This document shows, piece by piece, positions 12,601 through 20,201 of a stretch of DNA of 64,000 bases. The position numbers were made by a program, and so were the translations under genes. The notes under the pieces were generated by a model. The model was given only the letters and a program-made list of their open reading frames with translations. It was not told where the DNA came from and ran no database searches. This stretch comes from Roseibacillus sp. (lineage in GTDB: Bacteria > Verrucomicrobiota > Verrucomicrobiia > Verrucomicrobiales > Akkermansiaceae), in contig JBPOGI010000001.1 of the NCBI GenBank assembly GCA_051251855.1, positions 992,001-1,056,000 of the forward strand, read 5' to 3'. The first letter of the stretch is position 1. Each line of letters begins with the position of its first letter.

Positions 12601-15600
12601 CGCGAACGGTGATCTTGCGAGCGACGGCGGTTGGCTATACGGATGGTTTGGCTCGTTTCTCGGTAACTGACGAGGTGTTGCCGGACCTTGCTCCTGATCA
12701 ACTAACGTCTCCTTTGATAGCGAAGTCGGAGAAGAGCATACCTATTTCTTATCGGGTGCGGAATCTGGGCTTGGCGGAGACCGAAGATGTCTCCTATCTG
12801 GAGCGAGTTTACCTGTCCGATGATCCTTCGCCGAGTGATGACGATACCATTGTATATCAGGTCGAGCAGACAGGTGCTGTTGGCGCGGGAGGAAGCTACG
12901 CACGGAACGTCTCAATTTTCACTCCTAGGGAGGAAGGGCAATACTTCATAATCGTGACGATCGATGCTGCTGATGCGGTCACAGAGGTTCTGGAATCTAA
13001 CAATACGATTGTCAGAACCACGCCGCTAGAAGTGCAGCCAGCTTATTCGGTGACGGTTCAGACTGCTGAGACCATGATTCCAGCTAACACTCCGATCGAG
13101 TTTACGGGTTCGGCTACCACCTCCGAAGGACTGGCTGCTGCTTTCTCAACGGTGAGTATCCATATTGGGATGGGAGATACCGAGCGAGTGATTACTGCCT
13201 TCACAGACGCGTTAGGAGTTTTCAGTGCGACGTGGACCCCACTTCCCAATGAAGGCGGCTCTTATACTATTGGCGCAACCCATCCCGGAACGACGAGTGC
13301 GCCGGTGCAGGATTCCTTCGAGATTCTGACGATTGGATTCGACCAGCCACCGGCTGTGAGTTTGAAAGAGGGCGAGTCGGTCATCGTGCAGACCACTCTG
13401 TCCAATCCCAATGAACAGGCCCTAACGGGAGTGAGCTTGGATGTGGTGAGCGACCTCCCAAGTGGACTCACTATCACGCCGATGCTTCCTTCCACGACCA
13501 TTCCTGCGGGTGGCGAACTGATGGTGCCCATCACGGTCTCGGCAGGGAATGGCTTTTCGGGCACTGGCTTCTTTGGTCTTGAAGTGTCGACTGCTGAGGG
13601 AGTGGTGAGGTCGCAGGGGATTTCGGTTCGTTCACAACTCTTAGTTCCGGTTCTCACTTTGGACCCCTCCAGTCTGGTCTGCTCGGTGCTCAGAGGGTCT
13701 TCGAAGACAGTGAGCTTCGAGGTCACAAACACGGGCGGGTTGCAGACGGGAGCAATCCAGGTTCTCATTCCAGATGTGACTTGGATGAGTTTAATCTCCA
13801 GTAATCCCTTGGCCTCACTGGCGCCTGGTGAATCAACAACGGTCAACCTTCAATTGGCTCCTGATAGCACCGTGGACCTCACGCTCTTCACCGGTAATCT
13901 AGCTCTCAATGCCGAGAATGGAGGTTCGCGAAACATCAACTATCGCTTCCGAGTGGTCTCCGATTTGATGGGAGATCTCGCCGTCACGGTGGTCGATGAG
14001 GCTTACTACTTCACGGAAGAGGCGCCTGCTTTAGAGGAGGCGCGGGTGGTGGTTCGCGATGCCATTACTTCGCAGCAAATTGCTGAGTTCACTACTGGGG
14101 TGGACGGGGTGGCTAGTTTTCCGAATTTAATGGAAGGATGGTATCGGGTTGAAGTGACTGCCGAGCAGCATGATCGTTTTTCTGGCAATGTTTTTGTAGA
14201 TGCAGGCTCTACGAAGGAGGAGCTTATTTTCATTTCTCGCCAGCTGGTGAACTACTCTTGGACCGTCGAGGAGATCGAAATTGAGGATACGTATCGTATT
14301 AAAATCGAGACCACCTTTGAAACCAACGTTCCGGCTCCAGTGGTCACCTTGGCTCCCGCTGTCATCAATGTGGAAGAGCTCCAAGAGCTGAGTCAGCAGA
14401 AGGTGGTCAATATAACGATTACGAATCATGGTTTCATCGCGGCTCAGAATAGTGAGTTCGTATTTTCGAGCCATCCCTTCTACACGTTCACTCCTTTGAT
14501 TTCTAGCTTGGGGACGATTCCACCGAGGACGTCGGTTGTGATTCCGGTGACGGTGTCTCGGACTGGGATTTATACTTCCGAAGGGAACGTCATTACTCTC
14601 GATCCCTCGGTCGTGATTCCGACAGGACCCTGTGGGATTCCCTGCGGAGCGGGAGGCGGGCTCTGCTATAGCTACCCTTGTGGCCCGAATGATGTCAATA
14701 AATGCTCCAATATAGGTTTCAGTGGAATCGACGGGGATTGTGGGACGAAGGGTGGGAGTAGCGAAAGTTACCTTGCCTTCCATGGCGGATTCTATGGGGG
14801 AGGCGGCGGAGGTGGTGGTGGCGGAGGTGGGGCTGGCGGTTCGGGGCTTTCGTTCGCGCTTCCTGATCCTTGTGACCCCTGTTTGGCACGAGCCTTCGCA
14901 GAATGTCTCATCGGGTTTGTTCCGGGATTGGGTTGTGTCTACGGAACGATGAAGTGTGTATCTTCGGCCAACCAGGCTGCGGGTGGAGCTGGGGGAACGG
15001 CGTCCACGATTTTTGGAACAAATGGCAACACCCAAGCCGAAGCTTACGTGAATTGCATGAATGCCATTGCCAGTTGTGCCGCCGATGCTTCCAAACTCAG
15101 TCCTTTAGGCTGGTTTATCTCCGCAGTTCAATGTCAGCAAGCCTTCTCTGCCTGTGGTGGCAGTGGCGCAAGCGGGGGCGGAGGAAGTTCCTTGCGAAGT
15201 GCCGAGTCCTCGGATTCGAAGAGTGACAAGAGCTTAGGCGGCGAGAAATCCGGTGGATCTCTAAATGAGACTCTTGCTTCTCAGCTAGGTGAACCATGGT
15301 TGGAGCTAATGAGCGAAGGTGATCGAGCGCGTTCGGCGGAAGTTGCAGATGCCGTTTCCGGGGTGGAGGCCTTGTTCGACTTGATGGCAGTGATGCTTGG
15401 TTCTCGTGAGCGCTATCTCTTGACCAACGAGCCAGGCGGAAAAGAGTGGTTTGCGGCCTATATGGTAGCAATTCAAAGCACGAGCGAAGACGGGCGCATC
15501 ATGAGCGCCAGCGAACTGAGCCAACTGACGACCCTTGCTAACGCGGTTACTGGTGGTTCGGCTCCTTTGGGGGCGGCTGCGGAGCGATGGAATCGGTCTG

Positions 15601-18600
15601 TTGTTTATGGAGCGATGGAAATCTTCGAGGATAGCGATGTTCCCGCTGGTGACAGCACGGACTTTATCGCCAATTCGCTTTTCTTCGCAGCTATCGAAAG
15701 AGGAACTGTGGTCTACGATGAGTCGCTTGAGGATGGCTTCCTCGACCCTACGGAAAAATTTGCAGTAACTCTAAATGACTACCTAAATTCCTTGACTGAA
15801 GGAGGAGGGGGAGTTTGCGCCCGGGTGAAAATTGAGATTTCGCAAGATTTGATGCTCACTCGGACTGCCTTCGAAGCGACCTTGGTGTTAGAGAACGAAC
15901 GCGAGGATGCCGAGGTGACGAATGTCGGTTTCGATCTTCAAATTCGTGACCTGTTAGGGGAGCCTTCCGAGGACCTGTTTAATATTCAAGTCTCCAAATT
16001 GGAGAACTTGGGCGCAATTGATGGCACGGGGGTGATTGCAGAAGATCTCTCAGGTAAGGTGCAGTGGACTTTGATTCCGCGGGATACGGCGGCCTTGACT
16101 GAAGAGACGCAGTATACTGTTGGAGGGGTGATTACCTTTACTCAAGATGGTCTCTCTTACACCATTCCAGTGGAGAACGTGCCTATCACGGTGCGTCCAG
16201 ATGCCTCTTTGACGCTGAAGTATTTCCACCAGCGTGATGTCTACAGTGATGACCCTTACACCGATGCTATTGAGCCATCCGTCCCTTACAAGTTGGCGGT
16301 CCTAGTTGAAAATAGTGGCTATGGGGCTGCGCGGGATTTGAAGATTATTTCGGGACAGCCCGAGATTGTTGAGAATGAGTCGGGGTTGATTATTGATTTT
16401 AAAATCATCGCGACTCAGGTGGATGGGCTACCAATGACGCCGTCGCTCACGGCAGATTTTGGAGACTTACCTCCTCAGGAGAGTTCGATTGCAACTTGGT
16501 TCTTAACGTCGACTCTGCAAGGGCTCTTCATCGATTATAAGGCCACCTTCGAGCACTTATCAGGACTGGGTGATTCGCGGATCTCATTGCTCCAGAGTGT
16601 TGAGATTCATGAAACCATTCGCTTCATCGAAGCAAAAGATGGTTCACAAGCCTTCCTGGTGAATGATGTGCCGGATGTGAATGACTACCCGGATACGATT
16701 CACTTCGAAGATGGCAGCATTGACTTGGTGACGGTCTCGGAAAGTGCTTCCGTTATCGGTTCTCTTGGTGGTGGGAATTTTCAAGTGACATTGGAGACAG
16801 GTGCGTTCTCAGGATGGAATTACATTCGGGTTCCTGATCCGAGTGAAGGGGACTATCAGCTAGTGGGGGTAACTCGTTCGGATGGTGGAATTCTTCCGTT
16901 GGACTTCAATGCCTGGACTTCTGATCGGACCTTTATCGGGCAAGGGCGTCGTCCCCGTTACGAAGATATTTTGCACTTGGTTGATTGCGATAGTCCTGGG
17001 TCTTATATTCTCACTTATGCAACGAATCCTGCTGCGGATTCAGTGCCGCCGAGCAGTAGCGTTACGGCGTTACCCGCAACCAGCCCTAAGGATATTCCTG
17101 TCTTTTGGAGTGGTACCGACAATGTCGGAGTCGCGCTCTACGATGTCTTTGTTTCTTCGGATGGAGGACCGTGGGCTCAGTGGAGAGATAACACTGCTGA
17201 GGTTGGTGCGGTGTATCCCGGCACCGTAGGGGAAACTTACTCATTTTATTCCGTCGCCATTGATGTGGCAGGAAACAATGAAGTGAAGCCACCTTTGGCG
17301 GAAGCGACCACAGAAGTGGTCAATAATAACTTGTCGCCGAGTATCGTGGCGATTTCTGACCAGTCTATTGGGGAGGGGGAAACTTTCCAGCTCCAAGCCT
17401 TGGCTAATGACCCTGATGGGAACAACGCTGACATCCGCTTCTTGGTGGGCACTGGTGCCACGGGATTAACAATCGATCCCATCACGGGACAGATGCAGTG
17501 GGTCACCGGGGAGACCACGGGCGGTTCCGCCGTCAGTGTGATTGTGGTCGCTCGCGATGCGGCTGATCCAGCCGGAGTGGCGAATGAGGAGTTCACGATC
17601 ACGGTGCAAGAGGTAAATAGCGCCCCGACCATTAGCAGTGTTGGACCGCAGACTCTGGAAGAAGGGGGAATGCTAATTGTTGATATTGACTCTGATGATG
17701 GTGATGTTCCGGTGCAGGGCCTGACTTATTCTCTGGGAGCGAGTTCTCCGTCTGGTGCGAGCGTAGATTCGGCTAGTGGGGTGGTGACTTGGATGCCGAC
17801 TTCAGCACAGGCCGATCAGAGTCACGTTATTACGGTGAGAGTAGTCGACAATGGTAGCCCTAATCTCATGGCTGAAACGAGCTTTTCGGTGACGGTCATA
17901 GGTGAAGACGATCTTGCTCCAGTCTTTAATGCCGTTCCTATTCTGTTGTGGCTAGAGGGGCAGAGCTACAGCTTCGATGTTGTTGCTGTCGATCCAAATG
18001 GCGACCCGATCACGTTGGGTGCGAATGTCTCAGGAGCTCCAGGCGCGAGTTTTGCTGACTTGGGTGGAGGCATCGGTCGAGTAGACTGGGATACCTCCGG
18101 AGTCCCATCATCAAGCTATATTATTTCACTGATAGCGTCTGCAAACGGGCTTTCTACTAACGGGCAGTTGGTGATTCGAGTAGAGGAGGATGATTTGTAT
18201 TGGTCCTGGGTTGAAGATGAATTCGGGGAAGTGCTACCGGCAGGACTCGCTGCTGCGGATATTGCTTTCGATGGAGATCCTGACGGTGACCTGAGGACGA
18301 ATGTTCATGAAATGGCCCTTCTGACTGACCCTCTTAAGAGTGATCAGCCCAAGATCGAACTCGAACTCATACAGCAGGGTAATTTCCGTCTTATTCAGCT
18401 AGAAATCCTTCGTCGGACGGGCTCAGAGGCCTACGTCGAACTCTACCCTTTCCGCAGTGATGATTTAAAAGGTCCATGGGAATTTGTCCCTGAGTCGGAT
18501 TGGAACGTGGCTTTCGATCGATTTGGCGATGAAGATTCTCGGCCGGAAACTGAGTCAGTTGAATTCTCGATTCTTGAGTTTGATTCAGAGGAACTTCCTG

Positions 18601-18644
18601 CTGAAAATTTTTTCCGAATTGAGTCCTATGAGACACTTCCCTAG
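3693..18644 (+). CDS. Giant secreted/surface multidomain protein (~4980 aa): 5 LamG/ConA-like units with chitobiase-C/Fn3-associated linkers, PA14, Ig/Calx-beta-like, CARDB, Cys-rich segment, cadherin-like repeats, C-terminal DxDGD domain
   Basis: Uninterrupted ORF; likely start ATG 3693 after GAGG, followed by a signal peptide. W(L/V)R(A/G)(D/E)xG repeats at 3792, 5226, 6651, 8073, 9534; repeated (I/L)RYTxDGSEP; PA14 GLLGNYYDN...FSVRWTG...DDGARLWVD (~10470-10910); PDLAP CARDB start (~12681). Confidence 0.9.
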   Translation: MNIRRFLFWIVLGTILSGNLLRGQIPPVNNPEVWLRGDLGVVTDGGGLIERWEDQSGNSYHFEQLDGTKRPSLAPHGFVVGGGVLNEIPRNSNGNATWGGTVATDLVIDEEVQVTELAVFDQNQDGLSETITVALWQRLENGTPNVFEDDIEGAILVQLDFTTASPGTLDGNRRWKTLAAPLTLPPGSYSLGAWGYGVQNYHFYNDATPSPASPVRRVGWGRFSDTTAPGAWPNNRGSGSSTDRYAGAVDMRYEVTGTPTLSRAAVRFDGSNDGLQAVDTLSLSRPGSVFVVYRRDWADAGYILQNTSGTHWYLDHNTAYAGGTVREQDRSWTAPWYAEMQNSADGTRFRTNGEDWTYFGDFNGANPGRLTIGGGAGRSNSPLGVRIAEVLAYERELTDSERWQVNDYLAERYGFETLPVATPKIAPENSIGSGSVSVSITCDTPSAEIRYTIDGSEPDGSSILYGASFSVARGVEVKSKAFLAGNTDSGVAARYYEDSSDSEIPVSGSTMWLRADRGIELDSAGRVARWQDLTGNGRDMTQGTGYQRPELDPSGMELGQGIAIQPSTRSNNGGNAYNGTLGMDFVVTEEIEVTELRAFDHLGDGFATPVTVAIWVRDDGGTALTPEDDLPGVSLVEIEFSAANPGTLGEFSQRVQTLPSPLVLAPGSYTLLGWGFSGDNRYHNGTSGSWPLDKGIEFVNRSRYLGTLGSWPTTLDIDEVKYHNSANFRFNRTSGTVVSRPTVTFDGADDGLWALPATDLANPATVYVVYDRQGTDSGYVMQSSPGQNWWFLRNDGAFNNNWIQNRAIPRAKVTIAGMSSDGSGTRFFVDGNDWTERPGQVGAPSRLTLGGGVGRSIDPLWVEVAEVVAFDRVLDANERLEVENWLRTRYLDEGAIGPEVVVSPEGDFGASSVSVELSSISGAEIRYTLDASEPTPSSALYSGAILVPRDTKVRARAWLNGNGGTINDEFYGDSGTIELPVAGANLWVRADCGLTYDEDGAVKAWKDLTGNGNDFLQEIPELRPRLDESGLNSSERGAIQATDGNGNGVYAGSLGNDLSVTSPIEVTHLGAFDHLGDGFNGTITVEIWTRNDNGTASRSDDTGGTMLASETFTTASPGTLVGRQQRFKALASAITLAPGEYTVFGWGYVGGDRYREGRGSTQINDNRFSFPACVYNGTAGAFPTVVDGSGPLDYNGVANFRVTPVSPVAQVPAIVFDGVNDVIHGVDTMNFGRPSTVFTVFEIDRDENGDVIQNTSGTAWAIDKRGFYAGNWVRLEDFAIGQPTLATMVNGADYTEAWRNGKNVTTNRTLSTGSPGRLIMGGGENGVSVDPLPVRISEVIVFERILDEGELNLMSNYLAERNGLYLPRAEMPEIGPFASYGSGPVEVNLSSVTPGAELRYTIDGSEPTATSLLYSGPFNVARGTLVRARAFGPGLQASTISETFFGDEAMHPLPVTDPAMWLRADVGVEEGVNGGVERWRDLSGNGHDVVQVSEARAPQRITGQFGGSGQSRLMAPNESPLGLGAYNGFLAADFQVDYPIEVTHLGAFDSLGDGIAGAITVKLYETDDGGTSGNSNADRADDTLVSLLGELTFTNANPGVLDQGIRLLPLPSPIILQPGIYTLYATGYTGADTYLSQDLTNQPVGFGVTMLNRSRYSGTEGALFPGIAVNDDRYLMVANCRFQPVGFGGTSPASDAIRFDGSDDGLLGPADFLVDRPSTVFMVFDQLSSSQGRLLQSGSGANYLLGPHSGTQGLFANGWVAQRPVSPNQPALVIGEQGTDYSRYFYAGSEFTQEPNFTGNLGRVALGGGEGVYFQPTNADLAELVIYDRVLSVSERQAVAQSLSDKHGLAPQPLPAPEMTPDGGLYASSQTVTISSPILGSEIRYTLDGSEPDVASTLYTGSLTIAADTVVKARSYAAGYLAGPVQTGAFFIDSGAPVPPSRSTMELWLRAEKGVEGSGSDVTVWRDLSGRGADATVVGSTNLPQLNASAIGGAPGVVFDGIDDYLRLEPGFEGFGSGHTAIFVTNPDESLSNWERLIDFGRATNVDNLFFGRSAATTDFVLGTRSGSTAGGLGATDAFRSLSDQILTVVQNSDGRTRIYRNGNLEVESPSILLPRDILRTRNYVGRSNRTADAYFSGAISEIILFEGALDDFEREVFEDQIRATYGIASSATGTVGFSPDSTSLYPSGVSVVLQSATPGAAIHYTLDGSIPDEASPLYASPIALAQSSRVRARAFFVGLNPSNLSETTYLVGDPPSSGDGLLGNYYDNEDFTGASLTRVDPTVAFDWGSGSPDPAIDSNSFSVRWTGQVVPRFTEDYVFSTFDDGARLWVDLNQNGTFEDATELLIDELDASSFVERFAPPVAMVAGELYDIQLEYQEETGTARVSLRWESFSEPLAVIPQSQLFSDAEFGQTVTTPVISPVGGTYTAAVDVTIDTTTAGSTLYYTVDGSLPDEGSPVYTGVFVVPADTTVRARAYKAGFNPSGVDTKVYDIDAQPPTITSFAWDGSELLGGETFVASGQFSIEATDNQGVASAEFYYQPVGFSNQVLIGRDTFPSNGLTTNWNVASVPDGSYDIILRVFDTAGTFSETSRQVDVSLITLAAPVISQPVTGFEIEEPTVSLRVDTLPSANVRIRRDGILIFSGYANTSGILNYVASVPVGTSSFVATAVNRAGSSPSSNSVAVTRVREFPQLTLSFSSDTLAEGSPLNGLVSIPVAVAENVSVVISSNRPGEVEALAAVTIVAGDTSAPFILNAVQDARVEAMSMVRVTATAPNHRDGVGNLMLMDDDTPILTLEIDEVSVAEDFGTVTARVSRANSTSLSQRISLSNSAPDQVSVPAFVTIPSGQTEIGFTMSVNDDDLADGNQFVSIQAIVESSGQVVSSSTVEILEVRDNEGPSLALIPNASLLTEGSVNTFTLRRSGIAVTESLVVSLEQTPTGEVTAPATVTFPANSSEISVSVTALDSSNPGTRTVILRATAVGYTDGLARFSVTDEVLPDLAPDQLTSPLIAKSEKSIPISYRVRNLGLAETEDVSYLERVYLSDDPSPSDDDTIVYQVEQTGAVGAGGSYARNVSIFTPREEGQYFIIVTIDAADAVTEVLESNNTIVRTTPLEVQPAYSVTVQTAETMIPANTPIEFTGSATTSEGLAAAFSTVSIHIGMGDTERVITAFTDALGVFSATWTPLPNEGGSYTIGATHPGTTSAPVQDSFEILTIGFDQPPAVSLKEGESVIVQTTLSNPNEQALTGVSLDVVSDLPSGLTITPMLPSTTIPAGGELMVPITVSAGNGFSGTGFFGLEVSTAEGVVRSQGISVRSQLLVPVLTLDPSSLVCSVLRGSSKTVSFEVTNTGGLQTGAIQVLIPDVTWMSLISSNPLASLAPGESTTVNLQLAPDSTVDLTLFTGNLALNAENGGSRNINYRFRVVSDLMGDLAVTVVDEAYYFTEEAPALEEARVVVRDAITSQQIAEFTTGVDGVASFPNLMEGWYRVEVTAEQHDRFSGNVFVDAGSTKEELIFISRQLVNYSWTVEEIEIEDTYRIKIETTFETNVPAPVVTLAPAVINVEELQELSQQKVVNITITNHGFIAAQNSEFVFSSHPFYTFTPLISSLGTIPPRTSVVIPVTVSRTGIYTSEGNVITLDPSVVIPTGPCGIPCGAGGGLCYSYPCGPNDVNKCSNIGFSGIDGDCGTKGGSSESYLAFHGGFYGGGGGGGGGGGGAGGSGLSFALPDPCDPCLARAFAECLIGFVPGLGCVYGTMKCVSSANQAAGGAGGTASTIFGTNGNTQAEAYVNCMNAIASCAADASKLSPLGWFISAVQCQQAFSACGGSGASGGGGSSLRSAESSDSKSDKSLGGEKSGGSLNETLASQLGEPWLELMSEGDRARSAEVADAVSGVEALFDLMAVMLGSRERYLLTNEPGGKEWFAAYMVAIQSTSEDGRIMSASELSQLTTLANAVTGGSAPLGAAAERWNRSVVYGAMEIFEDSDVPAGDSTDFIANSLFFAAIERGTVVYDESLEDGFLDPTEKFAVTLNDYLNSLTEGGGGVCARVKIEISQDLMLTRTAFEATLVLENEREDAEVTNVGFDLQIRDLLGEPSEDLFNIQVSKLENLGAIDGTGVIAEDLSGKVQWTLIPRDTAALTEETQYTVGGVITFTQDGLSYTIPVENVPITVRPDASLTLKYFHQRDVYSDDPYTDAIEPSVPYKLAVLVENSGYGAARDLKIISGQPEIVENESGLIIDFKIIATQVDGLPMTPSLTADFGDLPPQESSIATWFLTSTLQGLFIDYKATFEHLSGLGDSRISLLQSVEIHETIRFIEAKDGSQAFLVNDVPDVNDYPDTIHFEDGSIDLVTVSESASVIGSLGGGNFQVTLETGAFSGWNYIRVPDPSEGDYQLVGVTRSDGGILPLDFNAWTSDRTFIGQGRRPRYEDILHLVDCDSPGSYILTYATNPAADSVPPSSSVTALPATSPKDIPVFWSGTDNVGVALYDVFVSSDGGPWAQWRDNTAEVGAVYPGTVGETYSFYSVAIDVAGNNEVKPPLAEATTEVVNNNLSPSIVAISDQSIGEGETFQLQALANDPDGNNADIRFLVGTGATGLTIDPITGQMQWVTGETTGGSAVSVIVVARDAADPAGVANEEFTITVQEVNSAPTISSVGPQTLEEGGMLIVDIDSDDGDVPVQGLTYSLGASSPSGASVDSASGVVTWMPTSAQADQSHVITVRVVDNGSPNLMAETSFSVTVIGEDDLAPVFNAVPILLWLEGQSYSFDVVAVDPNGDPITLGANVSGAPGASFADLGGGIGRVDWDTSGVPSSSYIISLIASANGLSTNGQLVIRVEEDDLYWSWVEDEFGEVLPAGLAAADIAFDGDPDGDLRTNVHEMALLTDPLKSDQPKIELELIQQGNFRLIQLEILRRTGSEAYVELYPFRSDDLKGPWEFVPESDWNVAFDRFGDEDSRPETESVEFSILEFDSEELPAENFFRIESYETLP

Positions 18645-18727
18645 GAACACAAGCAGGGTATTCCTCTCACTATCTTGACGGAGGTTCCTTTGGCACTTCT
18701 GAATGGTTACGCTAACATCTTTGGGAG

Positions 18728-19336
18728 ATGGCTAGAGTTGATTATCCTGAAGTAGTAGGGGAGTTAATCGGTGAACTGAAACGTTTGCCCGGAGTGGGAC
18801 CGCGTAGTGCGGAGCGCATTGCGATTTGGCTGTTGCAGAATGAACGAGCCAATCCGCTCGAGTTGGCCGCGGCTCTTCATAATGCTAAGACCGAGATTAG
18901 CAATTGTCAGGTTTGTGGTTTCTTCGCCACACAAGAGGGTTGCCCAGTTTGCAGCGATACTCGCCGAGAGCTGAATCGCATCTGTGTGGTGGAGCAGCCG
19001 GCCGAAGTGTTGCCTCTCGAGAGGTCAGGGGTGTTTAGGGGGCTTTACCATTGCTTGGGCGGCAAGCTATCTCCGCTCGATAATGTGACTCCCGATGACT
19101 TGCGAATCGGGGAGTTGGTGCGCCGAGTGAGTGTGAGCGAGGTTCCGATTGAAGTCGTTCTTGCGGTGGGTGCAGATGTGGAAGGAGAAGCGACTGCTAG
19201 TTATCTTGCTGATGTTTTGAAGGGGGAAAATTGTGAAGTGACCCGATTAGCGCAAGGACTCCCGGCAGGTGGTGGATTGGAGTTCGCAGACGATCTTACA
19301 CTGACGAGAGCGTTTGAAGGTCGCAAAAGCCTTTGA
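18728..19336 (+). CDS. recR: Recombination mediator RecR
   Basis: HhH LPGVGPRSAERIA, C4 zinc finger CQVC...CPVC, Toprim ICVVE...EGEATA, RLAQGLPAGGGLEFAD. Confidence 0.97.
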   Translation: MARVDYPEVVGELIGELKRLPGVGPRSAERIAIWLLQNERANPLELAAALHNAKTEISNCQVCGFFATQEGCPVCSDTRRELNRICVVEQPAEVLPLERSGVFRGLYHCLGGKLSPLDNVTPDDLRIGELVRRVSVSEVPIEVVLAVGADVEGEATASYLADVLKGENCEVTRLAQGLPAGGGLEFADDLTLTRAFEGRKSL

Positions 19337-19370
19337 GGGAAATTTGGACAATTATTCAACAATGTTTGAA

Positions 19371-19477
19371 CATCTCGATAGGTCGAGAGTCTTAACCCCT
19401 GAACATCGCATTGGAACACGGTGTTCAACTTCATAAAATGGTTACAAAGTGTTTGAGTTAACTCTCGTCCGTGAGTG
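19371..19477 (+). ncRNA. Candidate structured small RNA, family unknown (strand inferred from the terminator)
   Basis: Nested complementarity: CGAGAGT(19384-90)/ACTCTCG(19461-67), TAAC/GTTA, inner hairpin TGAACATCG(19400-08)/CGGTGTTCA(19419-27); lies between convergent genes, followed by a terminator-like hairpin. Confidence 0.35.
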
Positions 19478-19501
19478 CGGGTCCGAGGGTGACGACAACA
19501 A

Positions 19502-19540
19502 CGCCGCCGGGCTCGAGTGAGTCTGGCGGCGGTCTTTTGT
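19502..19540 (+). terminator. Intrinsic terminator-like hairpin
   Basis: CGCCGCCGGGCTC-GAGT-GAGTCTGGCGGCG (13-bp stem, two G-U pairs) followed by GTCTTTTGT. Confidence 0.65.
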
Positions 19541-19549
19541 ACAGAAGTC

Positions 19550-20131
19550 TTATTCTGCCTCTTGTGTGTTAGGGGTATCCGCTGGAGCGCTTTTATTCAG
19601 GCGTTCTACAATCAGGGAAGTGATATCAGTCTTGTTTCTTAGATAGATAACAGGAGAAATCTGGGAGGAAGTCTTACCCGCGTTTTCGAGGACAAAGTCG
19701 TAATTCTCTTCTCTACAGACTTTGGAGATCTCTTTGCGAACGATAACAATAATCTCTTCAAGTGATTCGACGAGCTCGCGGGTAGCCTTTTGCTTTTCAT
19801 CGGCAAGATACCGTTCCATCTCTTGGATGAGAGATTGATGCTCAATCGCGAGCGAATTGAACTCTTCGGCAGCTAACTCACGGGTCTCCGCGGCAAGGGT
19901 TTTGTCACGGACGGTCTTCGCTAAATCCTTGAGCTTTGCATCCGTTTCTTGGACCGCAACGACTCGAGATGAAGTCTTTAGAGCCTCAATTTTGGCTTGG
20001 ACATCCTTCTCGATTTTTAGTTTCAGGTGATAATTTAAGTAAACTTCATCCATGTTGATCACCCCAATCTTCGGTTGCGCGGAGGAGGTGAGGGCGCTTA
20101 AGAGAAACAAGAAGCTGAGGAACACTTTCAT
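19550..20131 (-). CDS. OmpH/Skp family periplasmic chaperone
   Basis: Signal peptide, KIGVINMDEVY, coiled-coil middle, ENYDFVLE...DITSLIVERLN. Confidence 0.88.
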   Translation of the reverse strand: MKVFLSFLFLLSALTSSAQPKIGVINMDEVYLNYHLKLKIEKDVQAKIEALKTSSRVVAVQETDAKLKDLAKTVRDKTLAAETRELAAEEFNSLAIEHQSLIQEMERYLADEKQKATRELVESLEEIIVIVRKEISKVCREENYDFVLENAGKTSSQISPVIYLRNKTDITSLIVERLNKSAPADTPNTQEAE

Positions 20132-20201
20132 GATACCGATGAAAGTGTTCTTTTGTTCCGGATCTGTCGAGTGGTGGCTTTGTCAGGTGATGGAGCGGAC
20201 C

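Noticed and set aside
14790..14845. GGN-rich run as a possible microsatellite or phase-variation tract
   Set aside because: Mixed Gly codons, in frame; it is a protein-level poly-Gly linker
19337..19549. SRP RNA, 6S RNA or a LexA box next to recR
   Set aside because: No SRP CAGG/GNRA/AGCA domain IV motif; the paired region (~107 nt) is short for 6S; the GAACA/TGTTC words lack the TGTTC-N4-GAACA arrangement. Kept only as an unknown RNA candidate
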